Positions 1 through 13,699 of a DNA stretch of 64,000 bases are shown here, piece after piece (position 1 is the stretch's first letter; the number at the start of each line of letters is the position of its first letter). The position numbers and the translations under genes were made by a program. This DNA is from Sphagnum compactum (Eukaryota), in contig OZ234493.1 of NCBI GenBank assembly GCA_965153455.1, positions 9,724,213-9,788,212 of the forward strand, read 5' to 3'. Under the pieces are notes generated by a model. The model ran no database searches. It was not told where the DNA came from and worked only from the letters and a program-made list of their open reading frames with translations.

Positions 1-169
1 AAACTAACAAATAATTTATTAAATATGTTTGTTAACTATTTTGATAATTATTATGATTTGATAATAATTTAAAAAAAATGAAATTTAACTAACAAAACAC
101 AATTAAAAAAAATAAAAATTAATAGCCAACATTAGAATTAACATCAAAATTTAAAAAATAAATAAAAAT

Positions 170-930
170 AATGTATCATTATTTGAAATGTTGTAAACAA
201 AAATTGAATCTACATATAAATAATAAATTACACATATATTGAAGATACACTTTATTAAGTTGACTTACGTGTCAAAATTTCATTAAATTTTCTTTTCAAA
301 TTAAAGTGTAATATTTACATGCACAAAAAAAAATCATCATACATAACATTCATTTATACAAAAAGTATTTACATGTAGCTTAATAATTAATGAAAATATA
401 TCATAATTATAAAAATATATTTTATACATCATATGTATAGAAATGAATAAACATAAAATTTCACAAAAATATTAATTATTTATCATGATTTGATTTGTTG
501 TAAACTAAAAGTTTATTTACGTAAAAATAATAAATTACATATATTGAACATAAATTATTACAAACTCATATTTCAAAATTTCCTAAAATTTTATTTTGAA
601 AGTAAACTTTTAATATTTATATGCAGAAGAAAATATTTGCATCAATCATAACTATTCATTTACACAAATAAAATTTACATGTAGTTTAATGTTTAATGAT
701 ATTTTATTGCAATAAAAAAAGATATAATGTGAATAAAAATGAATAAACATTAAAAGTTTCACAAAAATCATTAATTATGTATCATTATTTGGTATGTTGT
801 AAAATTAAAATTCGATCTACTTAAAAATAATGAAATTTATGTATTAATTAAACATACACATTATTACAAACCTACATTTTGAAAATTTCTTAAATAAGAT
901 TTTAAAATTTTAAAATTATTATTTATATGC
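170..930. repeat. AT-rich ~300-bp tandem repeat, about 2.5-3 diverged copies
   Basis: TATCAT.ATTTG...TGTTGTAAA recurs at ~175, ~481 and ~780 with colinear downstream sequence. Confidence 0.75.
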
Positions 931-1286
931 ACAACAAAAGATTTGCTACCTACCCAAATGAAAGCCAGGTGCCATTACCAAAGAACACCCACCCAACCAA
1001 AGAACAGGATGAAAATCTGTCAACAGTTCAGATGAGATTGGATGTAGGGTTAGCCCTACCTTAGCGTAGCAGTGACTCTGCCTGACACCTGCCGCTCCTG
1101 TGAGTACCTTAGTCTTTCACGTTTCGATCAGATTTCCGAATGCCCGTTTCTGTTTTTTGCAGAGAGGATCGGTGGCGGTGAAGTAGTTAGTATACGACCT
1201 TTTTTCTGCGGTTGTACTGGAGACAAAAATTTCTGAGTCCCGGACGAATTTTTTTATTTTCTTGGTGGTTTTCGGAATCGTACCAT

Positions 1287-4200
1287 ATGAGATCATTCAG
1301 GTTGCTGTCTTTCGGGAATTGTAGTTCCGCTTGGACGCAGCAGATTAATGTGCCTTCCCTATGCCTGCGCCTCGCTCTCACGCAGCAGCAGCAGCAGCAG
1401 CAGCCTTCGGTCTGTGCGACTGGAGGGAGTAGGAAAGGACTTGGCGTGTTGTTGCTGGAGTTGAAAGCATTTGGCCAGCCAGACGCTAGCGTCAGAGCTT
1501 TCGTTCATCCTGTTTTCAGAGACTCCTTCTCCAACGAGTCTTCAGATTTTTTAAGCGCTGGCTGTCTCTGTACTGACGGTTGTACACTGTCGCTCGGGCT
1601 TGGCGGCAGAAGAAGATATCATACGAGTGTAATTGTTGGCGGTAAGTACAGACGAATGCTTGGACGGACAAGTGATTGCAGGACTTGAACGACACTCGTG
1701 AGATTTTTCTATGCCTTCTTGAGCAGCATCGCTGCTCAAAACATCCCTCTGTTTGGAGCTATGACAGTGATAATTTCTCAGTGTCAAGGCTTAGGGTTTG
1801 GATTTCTCTGGCCTCGAGTGTTCTCACACCAACTTGGACGGACAAGTGATTGAACGACTTGAACGAACTCGTGAGACTTTTGCATGCCTTCTTGAGCAGC
1901 ATCGCAAATATCCTCTCTCTGAAGCTATGGCAATGATACTTTCTCAGTGTCAAGGTTTAGGGTTTAGGGTTTCAATAGAAATCCAAACCCTATTAGGATT
2001 TCAGTAGTAAAGGAAGAACTTCGCCATTTGGTTACCGTTCTCACCCCGACTAACCAGATGGCGAAGTTCTTCCTTAACTACTGTATCATGAAATTCTGTA
2101 ACTTTTCTACACAGGTCTCAGGGGTCACCTTGCAACTGCCTCGAGGTTGCAGTCTACGAGATGCCTGTAAGGCGTGATCCATATTCGCCAACATAGCATC
2201 AATGTGGTAGATTATTGTGGTTATCAGAAGTATTGGAACTTAGGGTTTAGATTCCTGGGGGAAGTTTTTTGCAACCAATGGCTCTTTTTGTCAGCATCAG
2301 AAGGTTTCTAGTTTCTACCACTGCAAGGAGTCATACATTTCAAATGGGTATGAGACTCTGAATGTATGTCAAGCCTTCCAGGAGATGTGGCATTCCTCTT
2401 CTTTTTGTGCAATACTTGCAACATGCACTTTGTGGTTTTTCTAACATCCTGTTCAGAGTGGTAATTGGAAGAAGTATTACTTCACTTTGAGATCTCTGCA
2501 GTGACATGTGAATCTGTGATGCTTGTGATATCGATTGCAACGCAGGAAAGAAAGGGAAGAAAGCTGAAAAGGATATCCTCGTAAATGAAAGGGAGGATGG
2601 TGTGGACCAAGGCAAAGAATGCAGTGAAGACGAGGAACACACAAATTGGAAGAAGAAGCTCAGGGGAAAAAAGGATCATGATCAACTGGAATATGGAGAT
2701 GTCACAGTTGCAAATGGCAGCACAGAAGTGCAACTAAAATCCAAAAAGAAGAAGCTCGAGGAATTGTCTCAGAATGGTGATGTGTCCCTCAGAAAGGTTA
2801 ATGAAGATGAAGATAACCTGCTGATTCAGAACCAGAAGCCAGAAGGAACTGAGGATGTTGTCAATGGTGCACTAAGGGTGGATGATCCCAGGGTCGAGGA
2901 TAAGCAAAAGGTCAAGAAGAAGCTGAAGAGCAAGGTTAAGGGCAAGGAGGATTTGAGTCATGAAGGTACTGCTGTTGAAGATGATGATATTGGGACAAAG
3001 CATAAGGATAAGAGGAAGTTGATGAGCAAGCAGAAACGTCAGGATGTTGAGGAGGCCAATGCTGATAAAGTGGACAATGTGGTGGTGGAAGCAAATGTGG
3101 ATGATTTGGCAGATGGAGAGACATTTCAGGAATTTGAGGACACAGAGCAGTTCACAAATGGTATGTTGTAGCAGATTTTCAGGACTAGGCCATGACATGT
3201 TCTCCAGAACTGGGCAGTTTCTGCTATTCTTCATGTTCTAGTGCTTTGAAAAAACTCTGCTCACCAATGAATGTATCATTGACTTTTATTGACCTGCATG
3301 ATGTGATTGGAGCAGTGATAGAGAATGAACTTGTGGAGGAGCTGGGCGAGCACCTTGAGGATGATGATATCTGGGAGGATGATTTTGACCTTGAGCCTGA
3401 GGTGTGTTATAATTCAGCACTTTATTAGATGCTATACATTTGTTCTGTTTGTCATCTTACTCTATGGTCGTTTGTCCTTTGTTTTCAGTTGTTTCTCTGG
3501 CATTTCTCACAAGGATTCGGTTCATTTAATATGTAGTTCCTTTGGGGGGCTTTAAAAACAATTCCAATCTTTTTCTGTGGAGTATTTGTAACTCTTGATC
3601 AGGTGCAAACTTTTATAGGTGGGAGATGGAGGAGAGGGTGGGGGTGTTGTACTTGGTGACTCTTCATGGGGCCAAACTGTGCTGGATCTAGCTAATGATG
3701 CATTGGCTCAGTTCAATGGTGATCTTGCCATCTTTGCATTCAAGGTTTCCAAAGAGAGTGAGCTTATTCATGTGCGGCTGGACAAGTTATCTGACAAGTA
3801 AGTCAGTGATGACTCCTAAGTCCTTTAGCTTTTATGATCTACATGTGGTGAGGAGTCCTCTGCATGTTACATCTTCTATGGTGTTGTTTGGTGTCCCTCT
3901 CTTCTGTCAAGCTTTTGTATATATGGTTGCTAATTTCCATAGGCTCTGTAGATTACTGTCTGGGGCTACACTGCCTGAAGGTAGATTCTTATTTCCAGGG
4001 CCAAGATAAAATGGCTCAAATGTACCCAAATATGGGTTTAGATCCCACTCATCATAGCCACACCAATGGGCAACTGATGCCCACATTTGTTAGGTAGCTG
4101 TATTTTTGATATATGTCATATATAGGAATGGTCAAATCTGAGATATCTTGGTTAAATTGCTGAACCTTAATATTTTTGGAAAATATGTGCTTGCCAAACT

Positions 4201-5047
4201 GCTGATTATTGTTGGCCTCAACGATTTTTCTTCTGAGGAAATCTTGGGAAGTAGAGTTTCAGAACCACATATCTTCCCTCCTCAGCGATGCATGTTTGAT
4301 ATGCAGTCCAATGCATCCATAAATAAACTTGCTCCAAACCTTCTTTCTGGTGCTGCAGATATGGATCTCCAACAATCGATGAGATTCAGCAATTTTCTTC
4401 TTCATACTCGAAGAGCTTGGAGCAGAGTGGAGAAGCTGGAATCATCCCCAAAAACCTGGCATTGGAGGTAGGGTCACTGTACTGAACCTCTCATCTTTAC
4501 TGGGGTATAACTCTCATATTCAGGATAGTTAAATGCATTTTCTTGTTCATAGTCAGCTCATAACTTTGAATGAAGCCAAATGAGCTTGGCACTCAGGTGC
4601 CCTTTTTGTGTAAGTTGTGATTGAGATGCTACCTTCACTTTGTACAATATATTCCTCTCAGTGTATACCTTGCAAAATTGTTTGCGGTAGGCTAGGTGTC
4701 TGCATGTCTGTAAAACATTCATGTGTGCACTTTCCTTGCAGGTTTCTTCACCAGGAGCAGAGCGCGTGGTACAAATCCCACAGGACCTAGAGAGATTCAA
4801 GGAACTTCCCATGTATGTGAGGTACTTGGGAACTGGCACTGGTGAGGAAGCTGAAGAAAAAGATGGTGTTCTTGAACTTGAATCTGTTGATACAGAAGGG
4901 GGGTCTAGTGTATGGAAGATTGCAAATGTGCGTATCAACCGTGAGTTGGTTGGTAAGGGCAGGGGTCTGAACAAAAAGCAGCGGGAGTGGAGGGTTCATA
5001 TGCCATTTGAGTCACTGCAACTTGTGCGACTGTACATTGATCTGTAG
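1287..5047 (+). CDS. rimP: Organelle-targeted ribosome maturation factor RimP-like protein (UPF0090/DUF150 family), 6 exons, ~549 aa
   Basis: Phase-consistent GT-AG exon chain: 1287-1641, 2546-3160, 3316-3401 (or 3313), 3619-3797, 4359-4467, 4742-5047 (1650 nt). The spliced C-terminus reads VGDGGEGGGVVLG..WG..., RLDKLSDK|YGSPTIDEIQQFS..., LALE|VSSPGAERVVQIPQDLERFKELPMYVRY...VRLYIDL*. This includes the RimP hallmark LEVSSPG and matches plant RimP-like proteins. The N-terminus is Ser/Arg-rich and transit-peptide-like. The start codon is less certain than the 3' exons. Confidence 0.88.
1660..1972. repeat. ~175-bp tandem duplication in intron 1, each copy ending in TTAGGGTTT
   Basis: TTGGACGGACAAGTGATTG...CTCAGTGTCAAGG at ~1660-1790 and ~1834-1955. 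Confidence 0.85.
2002..2083. repeat. 33-bp inverted repeat (2 mismatches, 16-nt loop) in intron 1
   Basis: CAGTAGTAAAGGAAGAACTTCGCCATTTGGTTA / TAACCAGATGGCGAAGTTCTTCCTTAACTACTG. Confidence 0.9.
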
Positions 5048-5737
5048 ACTATTGCTTTTTACTGAGGGAAATCCAACATGTAGTAATGTACATGAGGCAT
5101 AGAGAAGAGGAGGGAAGCCATGAGACAAAGGAGGAAGAGATGGTCCCATGTTTTAGGTTACCATATGTGTGAGAATCTGAATTTTGTTGTGCAAACTGGT
5201 GAATGGGAGTGAGTGGAATGTTGGTATTCTCCTTCCAAGTTTTGCATAGAGTGAGCATTTTGTGATCAGGTTGGTGAAAGATTCCTCTGGTTGCAAGCCC
5301 TGTCAATGGAAGGGAACCAAGAGAGAAGGTTCATGGCATTCTGAAGGCTCGACTTGCAAATTTTGGTGTTGTCTGGAAGTCTGCATTCAAATGCATGTCA
5401 AGTATGGGCTTCCCTGCATCATGAGTACATGAAATGCTTTGTGTCTTGTCAGGCAACAAAAACCTTGGATTGCCCTTTGTCCTGAAGCTTGAGCTGAAAT
5501 TTTGATGGTAGCTTCTCACCCAATCTACTTCAGCTATATCTTGGGCACTACAGAAATATATTAGAAGGTAAGAGTAGGCAATGGTTGGTCAATTGCAAGA
5601 AATTTTGACTTGGGAAATGTCCTTAAGCTTCAAGCTGACATGGCAGCTGCTAGCATTGCCCCAGCTGTGTGCTGTAGCAGATTCTTCAAATCACAAACTT
5701 TTGACCCAGAATTGGGTCTGAGAAATATCTTATGTAA

Positions 5738-6103
5738 TAGAGTTATACGAGAGTAACCCTGTCTTCACCGTCTTTGGGCCTCCTTCACCCCCTATCCCCT
5801 CTTTCAGTGGTATCCGAAAAGTGAAGACATTTTATTAAATCTGGGTATGAAATGCTGAAACTCAGCTTTTAATGCACAAGGCTTGAGACTAATTATAGTA
5901 GTTGTACAGGTAGGAGCAGTGGAGGCGCTCAGGAAAAAGGAAAGACAGGATGAAATTCAGTTTACCACCAAAATTGACGGTTTTCTGAGTTTCGTCCCCC
6001 TTGAATGCTAATGTACTTTATTGCAGGTTTTCTTGAATCTCACTATGTATGACCAAACTCAGGGTTCCGGTGCTGTGTTTTTCTTACTTTATGGATAATT
6101 CTA
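5738..6103. mobile_element. MITE-like element downstream of the RimP-like gene
   Basis: Imperfect TIRs TAGAGTTATACGAGAGTAA / TTACTTTATGGATAATTCTA. Partial copies at ~13423-13510 (inverted) and ~23062-23217. No clear TSD. Confidence 0.6.
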
Positions 6104-9100
6104 GTGTGTTCAGGCTATGGTTTTGTGTTGCTTTATGTCCTTGGTTGAGGTTTAAGAAAGTTTCTTGACACGGCATTCATTTACTGGCTCTGAGCAGGGC
6201 TTCTCAGCACCATAGGCTGGTTGTTTGAGTGATCTGTGAGGGAGTGCACCAAGCAGTAATTTTGGGTGAAGTCTCTGTTTTCAATTAATTGTCACTCATG
6301 CTCAGTAGCTGTGGTCAAATGGAAGAGTGGTGGAGAAGGGATAACAGATTCGTGGCTGTATGAGGCTGCAAGTGAGATGAAGGAGAAGAGATGGTGAGGA
6401 GAAGAAGAGCTGATGATGGTGTGTGAGTGAGTCACAGGAAAAGTCTGGGAAAGCTTGTGTTTAGATGAATTTACAACTAACCATAATGATTTTTAATCTT
6501 CTTGATGTCAAGATCCACTCTGCATTCTGAGCAAGATTTATCAAATGTTTTTTTTGCTCCACCAATTTATGAGTGAAATGTGAACCAAGGGCAAGAAAGC
6601 AGAACAGTAATGGATTTGCCATCAGGATTGGGTTGTTGAGTTCTGATTGTATGAGTTTATGCTGGATGAGTGGAGCCAGTAGGTTGCCATATGTAGTATG
6701 GCATTTGTTTTGATTATGGTTTGTTAGAGTTTAATGCAGCAGATGTGTGAGAAATGTCATACTCTTCAAATGGAAGTCTCAAGTGCTTTCAGTAAAATAA
6801 TATGAAATTGATGCAGAAGGCAACATATAAACTTGTAATATTGAAATTATTAGTTAAAGGGTCATGATATTGTTGAAAAAATAAACATGAAAATGTAGAA
6901 TCTTTTTTTTTCAAAACCATATATATATATATTTGAACTGAAACGCTAAGGATCAATTAGATCAGAAGATGCAGTAAAATTTCACTAGAGAATAATAATG
7001 GAGAGTACGGAAAGTCATATATGTGAATGACCAAGGCCAAGTAAGAGGTGTGAAGCTTTAGGGAGCTAATCCTAGGTTTTCACTTCAAACCCGGTTGAAC
7101 GACATCTTACTAGTGGAAGAAAGGCTAATCTCTCTTGATTTGAGCCTTTCACCATTAGGAAGGGTGCGGATAATGTGATCGCATGTCAAAATAGCAAACC
7201 AACCACAAACACTACAAAAGTTATGTGTTTCAGTATGCATTTAAGTAATAAATTAATAATTTGCATGGACTGCCCTTGAAGCCAGTGCCTACTCATTCAA
7301 TTGTAAGAACTTGAAAAGAATGAATGAAGAGAGATGGAACTTGGAGAGCTTGAATGAAGATTTAGTGTTTTTTGTTCTCATTGCATTACAGGTTGGGTTC
7401 TGGAGTTAGAGCTAATCATTATGCTAGTGTCAGCCATGTATTCTTAGAGTAGACAATGGACAGTGATGTAAATCAGGCACTATGTGGGTTCGGTGTGGAC
7501 ATGTGAACAATAGCCATCTTTGAGAAGTCCTTAGGGTACATGACTATGAAACTCTAGTTAGTAGTTGGCAAAATGAGCTTGTACTATTAATTGTAGACTA
7601 TGAAATGGACTAATGGTTACATGGTGTGTGTTGGCCTCTGACATTGGAAGGCATGCAATCATGAAGAAATGACCAAATGGAATTTCTTACGACTAATGAC
7701 AACTTGGATTCCATTGAAGGATTGTTTGTAATCCATTTAGTTTTATAGTTACATCCATTTGGGAAGTTGTAACATTACTGAGTTTTGTAGTTCAATTAAT
7801 TAAAATTGAAATAAAATGAAAACAAAAGCAACCATTCAATCACAATTCTAAAATCAAAGACCAAAAGATTAGCTGAGACCAAAAGACGATTTGAATCAAT
7901 CAAGGGGAAAAAATACAGTGAATGCATTTCATTTGGGAATGGAATGAATGAAATGAGTTAAAATGAGCTTGTAGCTGGATTTGAATATGATGTGGGGGTG
8001 CAGGCTAAAGTCTAGCAAAACATTATTGCATGGTTAGGATAACATGCCTTCTAATTGTTATGCTGATTCGCACAATGAATTTAAAGCATGTTGAATACTT
8101 TGGGTAGTTATGAAATCTGCGTATTTTTTATTGCATTGAAGGGTGCACAATACCATGATACTTTTCACCAAGAAGCTGCTGTTCTGTCTCATTGTCTTCT
8201 ATTTGATTTCACACATATGAGATCCACTGAATCAATCTCAATCTTATTTTCTCCATAGTGCAATAGTACACTTTCTTTTGTAAACCACTTGTTAGGTGGA
8301 TGATTTTCTTGGAATTTAAAAACAAGTTGGTTAATTGGTGTTGTTGTTTTGCCTATTGTCTTTGACTGCATGATTTTTAGCCTTTAATTATTTCCAAAAA
8401 GAAAAAGCAGAGCCGAAAGCTTGATAATTGAATGGCTTCTTCCTTTATGTAATCAAGGCAATTTTTGAACACATAGATTACATTATATGGTGAATCCCTT
8501 CATGAATACATGCTAGAAGAATGTTGTGTAGGATAAAGTTAATTAAAACAACTCTCTACTGAAGCCCACACATGGATATGTGGGATCAAACCTTGGGGAA
8601 TGGTTGAGTCACAACTGCATTGAAAGTGAGCACTTGGAAAGGAAAAATGAACCCAATCTGATGTATTATAGAGTGAAAAGCCAATTAGTCACGCTTGGTG
8701 GACAAACTAAGTGTCTCTCCTTTTCATGAGTTCCAATCAAGTTGGTATTTAAGTATACTATTTTGGCCTACACAAGAATTGCAATACCTCATCTTGTAAA
8801 GATTTTTAGATTAAACAAATGCCCATTGAGCTCAATAATTACATCTCAATGCAAACAAAAATACATATCAAATGGGAAGAGACACAGAGTGCACCAATGT
8901 TATGGGATCAAAGGTACCACACATAAGAAAAAGTTAATGGAACTATGCATTCTAAAATTTGCTGCACTTTCATATTTCAAACAGAAATATCACATGGCAC
9001 ATTGTGTGAAAAAAGGAATCGCCTTACATTGTTGTAGATGGCAATTTTAAGTGTAATTAGCATTACTTGTGCATGGAGTGAACAACATATACAAAGGGTC

Positions 9101-9177
9101 ACCATGGGGAGTTTTTCTTGTGATTTTTGTTGAAACTATAAATGCTTGTCAACATGGAAGGTCATCAATTAATGGTA

Positions 9178-9249
9178 GGGACATGAGGGTACTAGCCTCA
9201 AAGGGACTTGAGGGTACTAGCCTCATAGGGACTTGAGGGTACCAGCCTT
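9178..9249. repeat. 25-bp tandem repeat x3
   Basis: GGGAC(A/T)TGAGGGTACTAGCCTCA at 9178, 9203 and 9228. Confidence 0.85.
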
Positions 9250-11114
9250 GTATCAGTTTAAATAATTTTCAATATCAAGAATATATCAGTTGTGGGTTTG
9301 TATATTGGTTTAGACATGTTTTTCATGTAAGTTTAAACTTCTCATCAACATTCGTGTAAATTGTTAATATTTAGTCATTGTGTAAACAAGTGCAATCCAT
9401 GTAAAGGTTTTTGAAAAATAAAAATTCATGCGAAAAATGTCAACATGGGTGTTAGTGAACAAAACATTCCTAAAGTTTCAAGCCTTTTTTTTAGTGATGG
9501 GCCAATCAAAGTGGCCCATTGTAAATAAAAGGAAAAAAGGCTGTGGGATGCACCACAACTCATTAATATGAATCACACCAGGTCCCCAAGCGCTTGTAAA
9601 AGCCTAGGCCAAAACTGTTGGCAAACAAAGTTAAAAATGGAAATTTATCTCAAGCAATAAGGCGAGACAACATGCACTCAAGATATTCCCCAATAGCACC
9701 ATAGTTTGCCCCATATCATTTGCCCAAAAAAGTGTGGGCTTGTATTGTATATGTGTGAGCTAAAGGGTTATGCATTAAAGGGTTAAAGTTTCTAAGGTTA
9801 TTCACTCCCTTATTTCTACTAAAAGCTTTTATTTGAGAAGCAACAAAAGTAATAGAATTTTTTTGTGAAGGGCCAACCAAAGTGGCCGTTAAATTTTGTT
9901 TTTTCCAGGATGCATCCACATTGGGATGCACCCACAACTAATTAATGTGGATTGCACATAGGTTTAGCCTTAAAGGTATATGATATATGTAGTTATACTT
10001 ACCTTGTCAAAAATATTTACACCAGGCCATGTAAGTGAAATTGAATTTTTTTTACACCTCCCCCGTAAGTGTAAGTCTAAAAACAATATTTACACTCAAC
10101 GCAAGATAAGTCTAAATGCCAAAAATTTGACAAAGTAAATGTGAACCCTGTGTTTAGGGGAAAGTATATGTGTATCTACACTTACCCTCCCACCACTGGA
10201 ATATACCTGCTTTATACCAACCAAAAATCAGACTTGGCCCCAATATTGTGACCAATGGTATGAAAGTTTTAAAAAAGTAACAAGTACCACTGTGACAAAA
10301 AACTAGGTCACACAATCATCCAAACACAAAACATATATATTAAACGGTAGATACACTCTCAGAATTACCCACTGGCATAAGCCTTTGGCCACCTAACTCC
10401 AATCCCGTAACCACTTAAGTTATTGCCCTCTTCAACAAAGAGAGGCTTGAGGTCTCTAAAGGGTCAGATCATTTTGATCTCTCTCTCTTGAGCCCATTGG
10501 CCTTCCTTCTCCTTCTCAATATCTTCAAACCATATGAACCCAAAAGCACATCAAGCTTCCACAGGAACTCAAGTCTTAGATTACACTTTCAAAATATATC
10601 CCTTAACCCAAATAGATTGCATAATCCAGTGTTGCGGACACCATCCCTCAAATTGACAACACATATCAACTCCCAGTGACTACTTCACAAGTTTTACAAA
10701 GAACCACAGCCCCCCTTCCTCTTTGCATGATCCACATTGTAAAATCCACAGACTATAGTTGTTCTTTGAAGTTCGTAGTAATCAAGGTGTTTTCTCATGA
10801 TATGCAGGCCAACAACACTCACATACAGATCAACCCAACACACACATATTGAGAAGGATTTCTGGTCGCTTTTGAGACCTCTAAGATTTTCATCATCCCC
10901 TTATCAACCATCAAAACCTAACTCCTAGACTAGATTTCTGCCTTTTCAAGTACATTGTGCAGGGGATTTCTCTGTACTTCCGTTGGAGATAGAAATCCAG
11001 CTTCTTTTCATTCAAAACCCCTACCTACTGAAAAAAAAAAAAAAACTCCACTTATTTGCTTTGCTATTCTTCCACTCCACAGTGAGATTTTCGTCGGTCG
11101 CTCTTCGCTTGACA

Positions 11115-12002
11115 TGTCGCAACCTTAGCTTGGGCTCGCGATCAAAACAAGGGCTTGCAAGGGTGCGGGCCAAGAGGGAAGCCCGAGAGTCACATTTCGT
11201 GTTTTCGGGAATGTAGGAGAGTGTGAGGGAATGACCCTTTGCACTCCCAAGGGAACTCCCACTTTGGGAGTTGGAATCCCGGTGGACTCCCAAATCTTTA
11301 GAGAGCAATTGCAAGAGTCAAAACCCAATGGATTGAAAAGTTCCTTATATAATTGGAAAGGTCTTGGAACTTAGATTTCTAAAAGGGGTTTGCATGACCC
11401 ATTTGGACACTTTAAACACAAGTTATGGCCAAAAGAAGGGTCGAGAGTCAAATTGGCAATTTGACTCCCGACCGCTAAAAGTCAGGAATCACCCCAATTT
11501 CCTTGCTTGCAGTTGGCGTGTGACATAGCGTTGGAAAGCTCTCGATGAGGGCTACAACTTTTCTTCAGACCTCATCTCAATCGGAGGTCTGCACGCAAAG
11601 TTATGGGCCTCAAAGTCGTAGGAATCCCAGTTGTGGGAATTTTGGGGAGTGCCATTTGGGTGCTGGTCCCGTGGCCAGACATAGAGTATACTATAAGGGG
11701 GAAGGTGGTGGCTTCCCCCAAGTCCGGGCTGTGGTGAATCTTGTGAGTCCGAATTTGCCCGTGGCTCATCCTAGCACCAAAAGTGCTCCAGCTATGCATT
11801 AACCAACTTGTTGTTTAGTTTATGTAGGTCCGTGTGAGTAATTGATTGCTTGTCATTCTTCCTAGTCTCATCCCAGAGCTCCAACACACCTCTCTACCCC
11901 TAAAGTGCCGCGAATTAAGGAACGTGCCCCAACTCTTTACTCTTTCCTTGTTTTCACCTCAGATTCACATTTGAGTCTATCAAGGAGCTTGGGAGCGCGT
12001 CA
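11115..12002. mobile_element. Solo LTR (888 bp)
   Basis: Begins TGTCGCAACC and ends GCGCGTCA. 5-bp flanks TGACA/TGGCA (4/5). Shares blocks (ACTCCCACTTTGGGAGTT, CATAGAGTATACTATA) with 43499-44428. Confidence 0.8.
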
Positions 12003-13699
12003 TGGCAGCTCCCTTGTCACACATTCAGCCAACATCCAATTATATCCATAGCAGCATACCCATCCCAAATTTAAAAAAACGACATAAAAACTTCAACACC
12101 ATAAACACCACCGCATCTCCATAAATGTTCTTCCTTGTCTCCATTGCCGCCGTGTGCAAACACTCCCAGCCGAAAACAGAAAAAACCATTCATCCTTGAA
12201 AGCCCTAAAATTCCTTCTTGTACACATCCAAACCCTAAAAGTAAAAAACTTGTTACTCCACGACCAAGCTCGGGTGCTCAAAACTCAATATCAGCCAAAA
12301 AACACTCCAAATTATTGTTGGAATGGTATGCTTTCCACCACCTAATAGAGGTATGTTAATATACCCTTACCTTGCAAAATAAACATACCCTTTCCCTACC
12401 ATATTTGAAGGTAAATATTGAAGGTTATACCACGGGTTTGAGTTTGGACCAGTGTTGGCCGAGTATCTAGGTCCTGGCCGGGCATCTTCCAGGACATATG
12501 CACCTGGGTATGGGGTGCCTTGACCAATGGCCAACGGCTGACAAAAAAAACAGGCGATAGATATCCTACATTGGCAGGCCTCTCTTTGCCCACACCCAGG
12601 TGATGCCCTCACTTGGGTGGCCTTGTGTTTGGCAAAGCCCATGAGATGTTATGTGGGGGTAGGCATCTCACATTGCAAACCCATAAAGGGAAATAGGGTT
12701 TAGGAATAGAATTTTTAAGGTTAGATTAAAATGTCAATAACTTTAATCCTTCCCCACTTTGTTAATAAGCTGCCCCTACTTTTTGTTGGGGGCATTTTTG
12801 GTAAGTTGTGTGTGATAGTTTCATGCTCACATTTGTCTTCGACTCATCCTTTTTTTTTCAAATTTGAAAATGGATTTGAATTATGACCATGCTCTGAGTT
12901 GCAGATGCCTTGGTTTATGTCTGGTGGGCAATTTAAGAAAATGCTCTGCCCCTTGCTCGTGTTTTCTTTCAATGGTTGTGTTACCATCACTGTTCAGTCA
13001 TTCATTTGCTGCTATTCTTACCATCTCCATTGTATTCTCTTAAAGTGATTTTGGAGGTTTTCAACAGTTGGAAGTGACCCCAAAAAACAGTAAAAATTGT
13101 CAGACTTTTATATTTGATTTTCAGTTTTAGCCAAAATGATTGAAGGATGATTAAAGTTTTTAAATTTCTTACATGTGTTTATAGTCAGTCACATTTGGCT
13201 AAATCTTCCAAAGGACAGTTGCCATTTTTTCTACATCTTCCTATAGATCATTGTCACTTTGGCTAAAATAAAGGAATTCCTAAAAGAAACACTGCAGGTC
13301 CATTCTCAAAAGGATTGTGGCTGAGCTAAAAATTGTTTGATGTTGTTGAGCAGTCTTGAATGTACATTTTAAATCCCTTCGCATAGATGCAGTGCACTTT
13401 GAGGGTTCAAATGTTTTGTATAATAGAGTTATCCGTAAAGTAAGATAAAACACAGTACCAGAACCCTGAGTTTGGTCATACACAGGGTGAGATTTAAAAA
13501 AACCCTGCAAAAAATGTAGTTGTTTGGTTTTTTTAGTTTTGATTTGTTAACACACCCTAAATAAAAATGGAATCAAGTTTTTTAGATCAAGGATGTAATG
13601 TGTTCATGAATGAGAGTAAAATAAAAAATTGAGGATAAATTGAATGTGAAAGGTTTAAAGAAATTTCACGGTTTCAATTAGAAAATGATGATGCGATGC

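Noticed and set aside
1100-1162. Possible 5'-UTR intron (GTGAGT...TTTTTTGCAG)
   Set aside because: Plausible, but only 63 nt and untestable without transcript data.
6250-11050. Possible ancient LINE fragments (6250-8600 + and 10300-11050 -)
   Set aside because: Only vague resemblance; no readable RT or endonuclease motif, so a profile search is needed.
11545-11802. ORFs inside the solo LTR (also 43501-44533)
   Set aside because: Incidental frames within LTR sequence.
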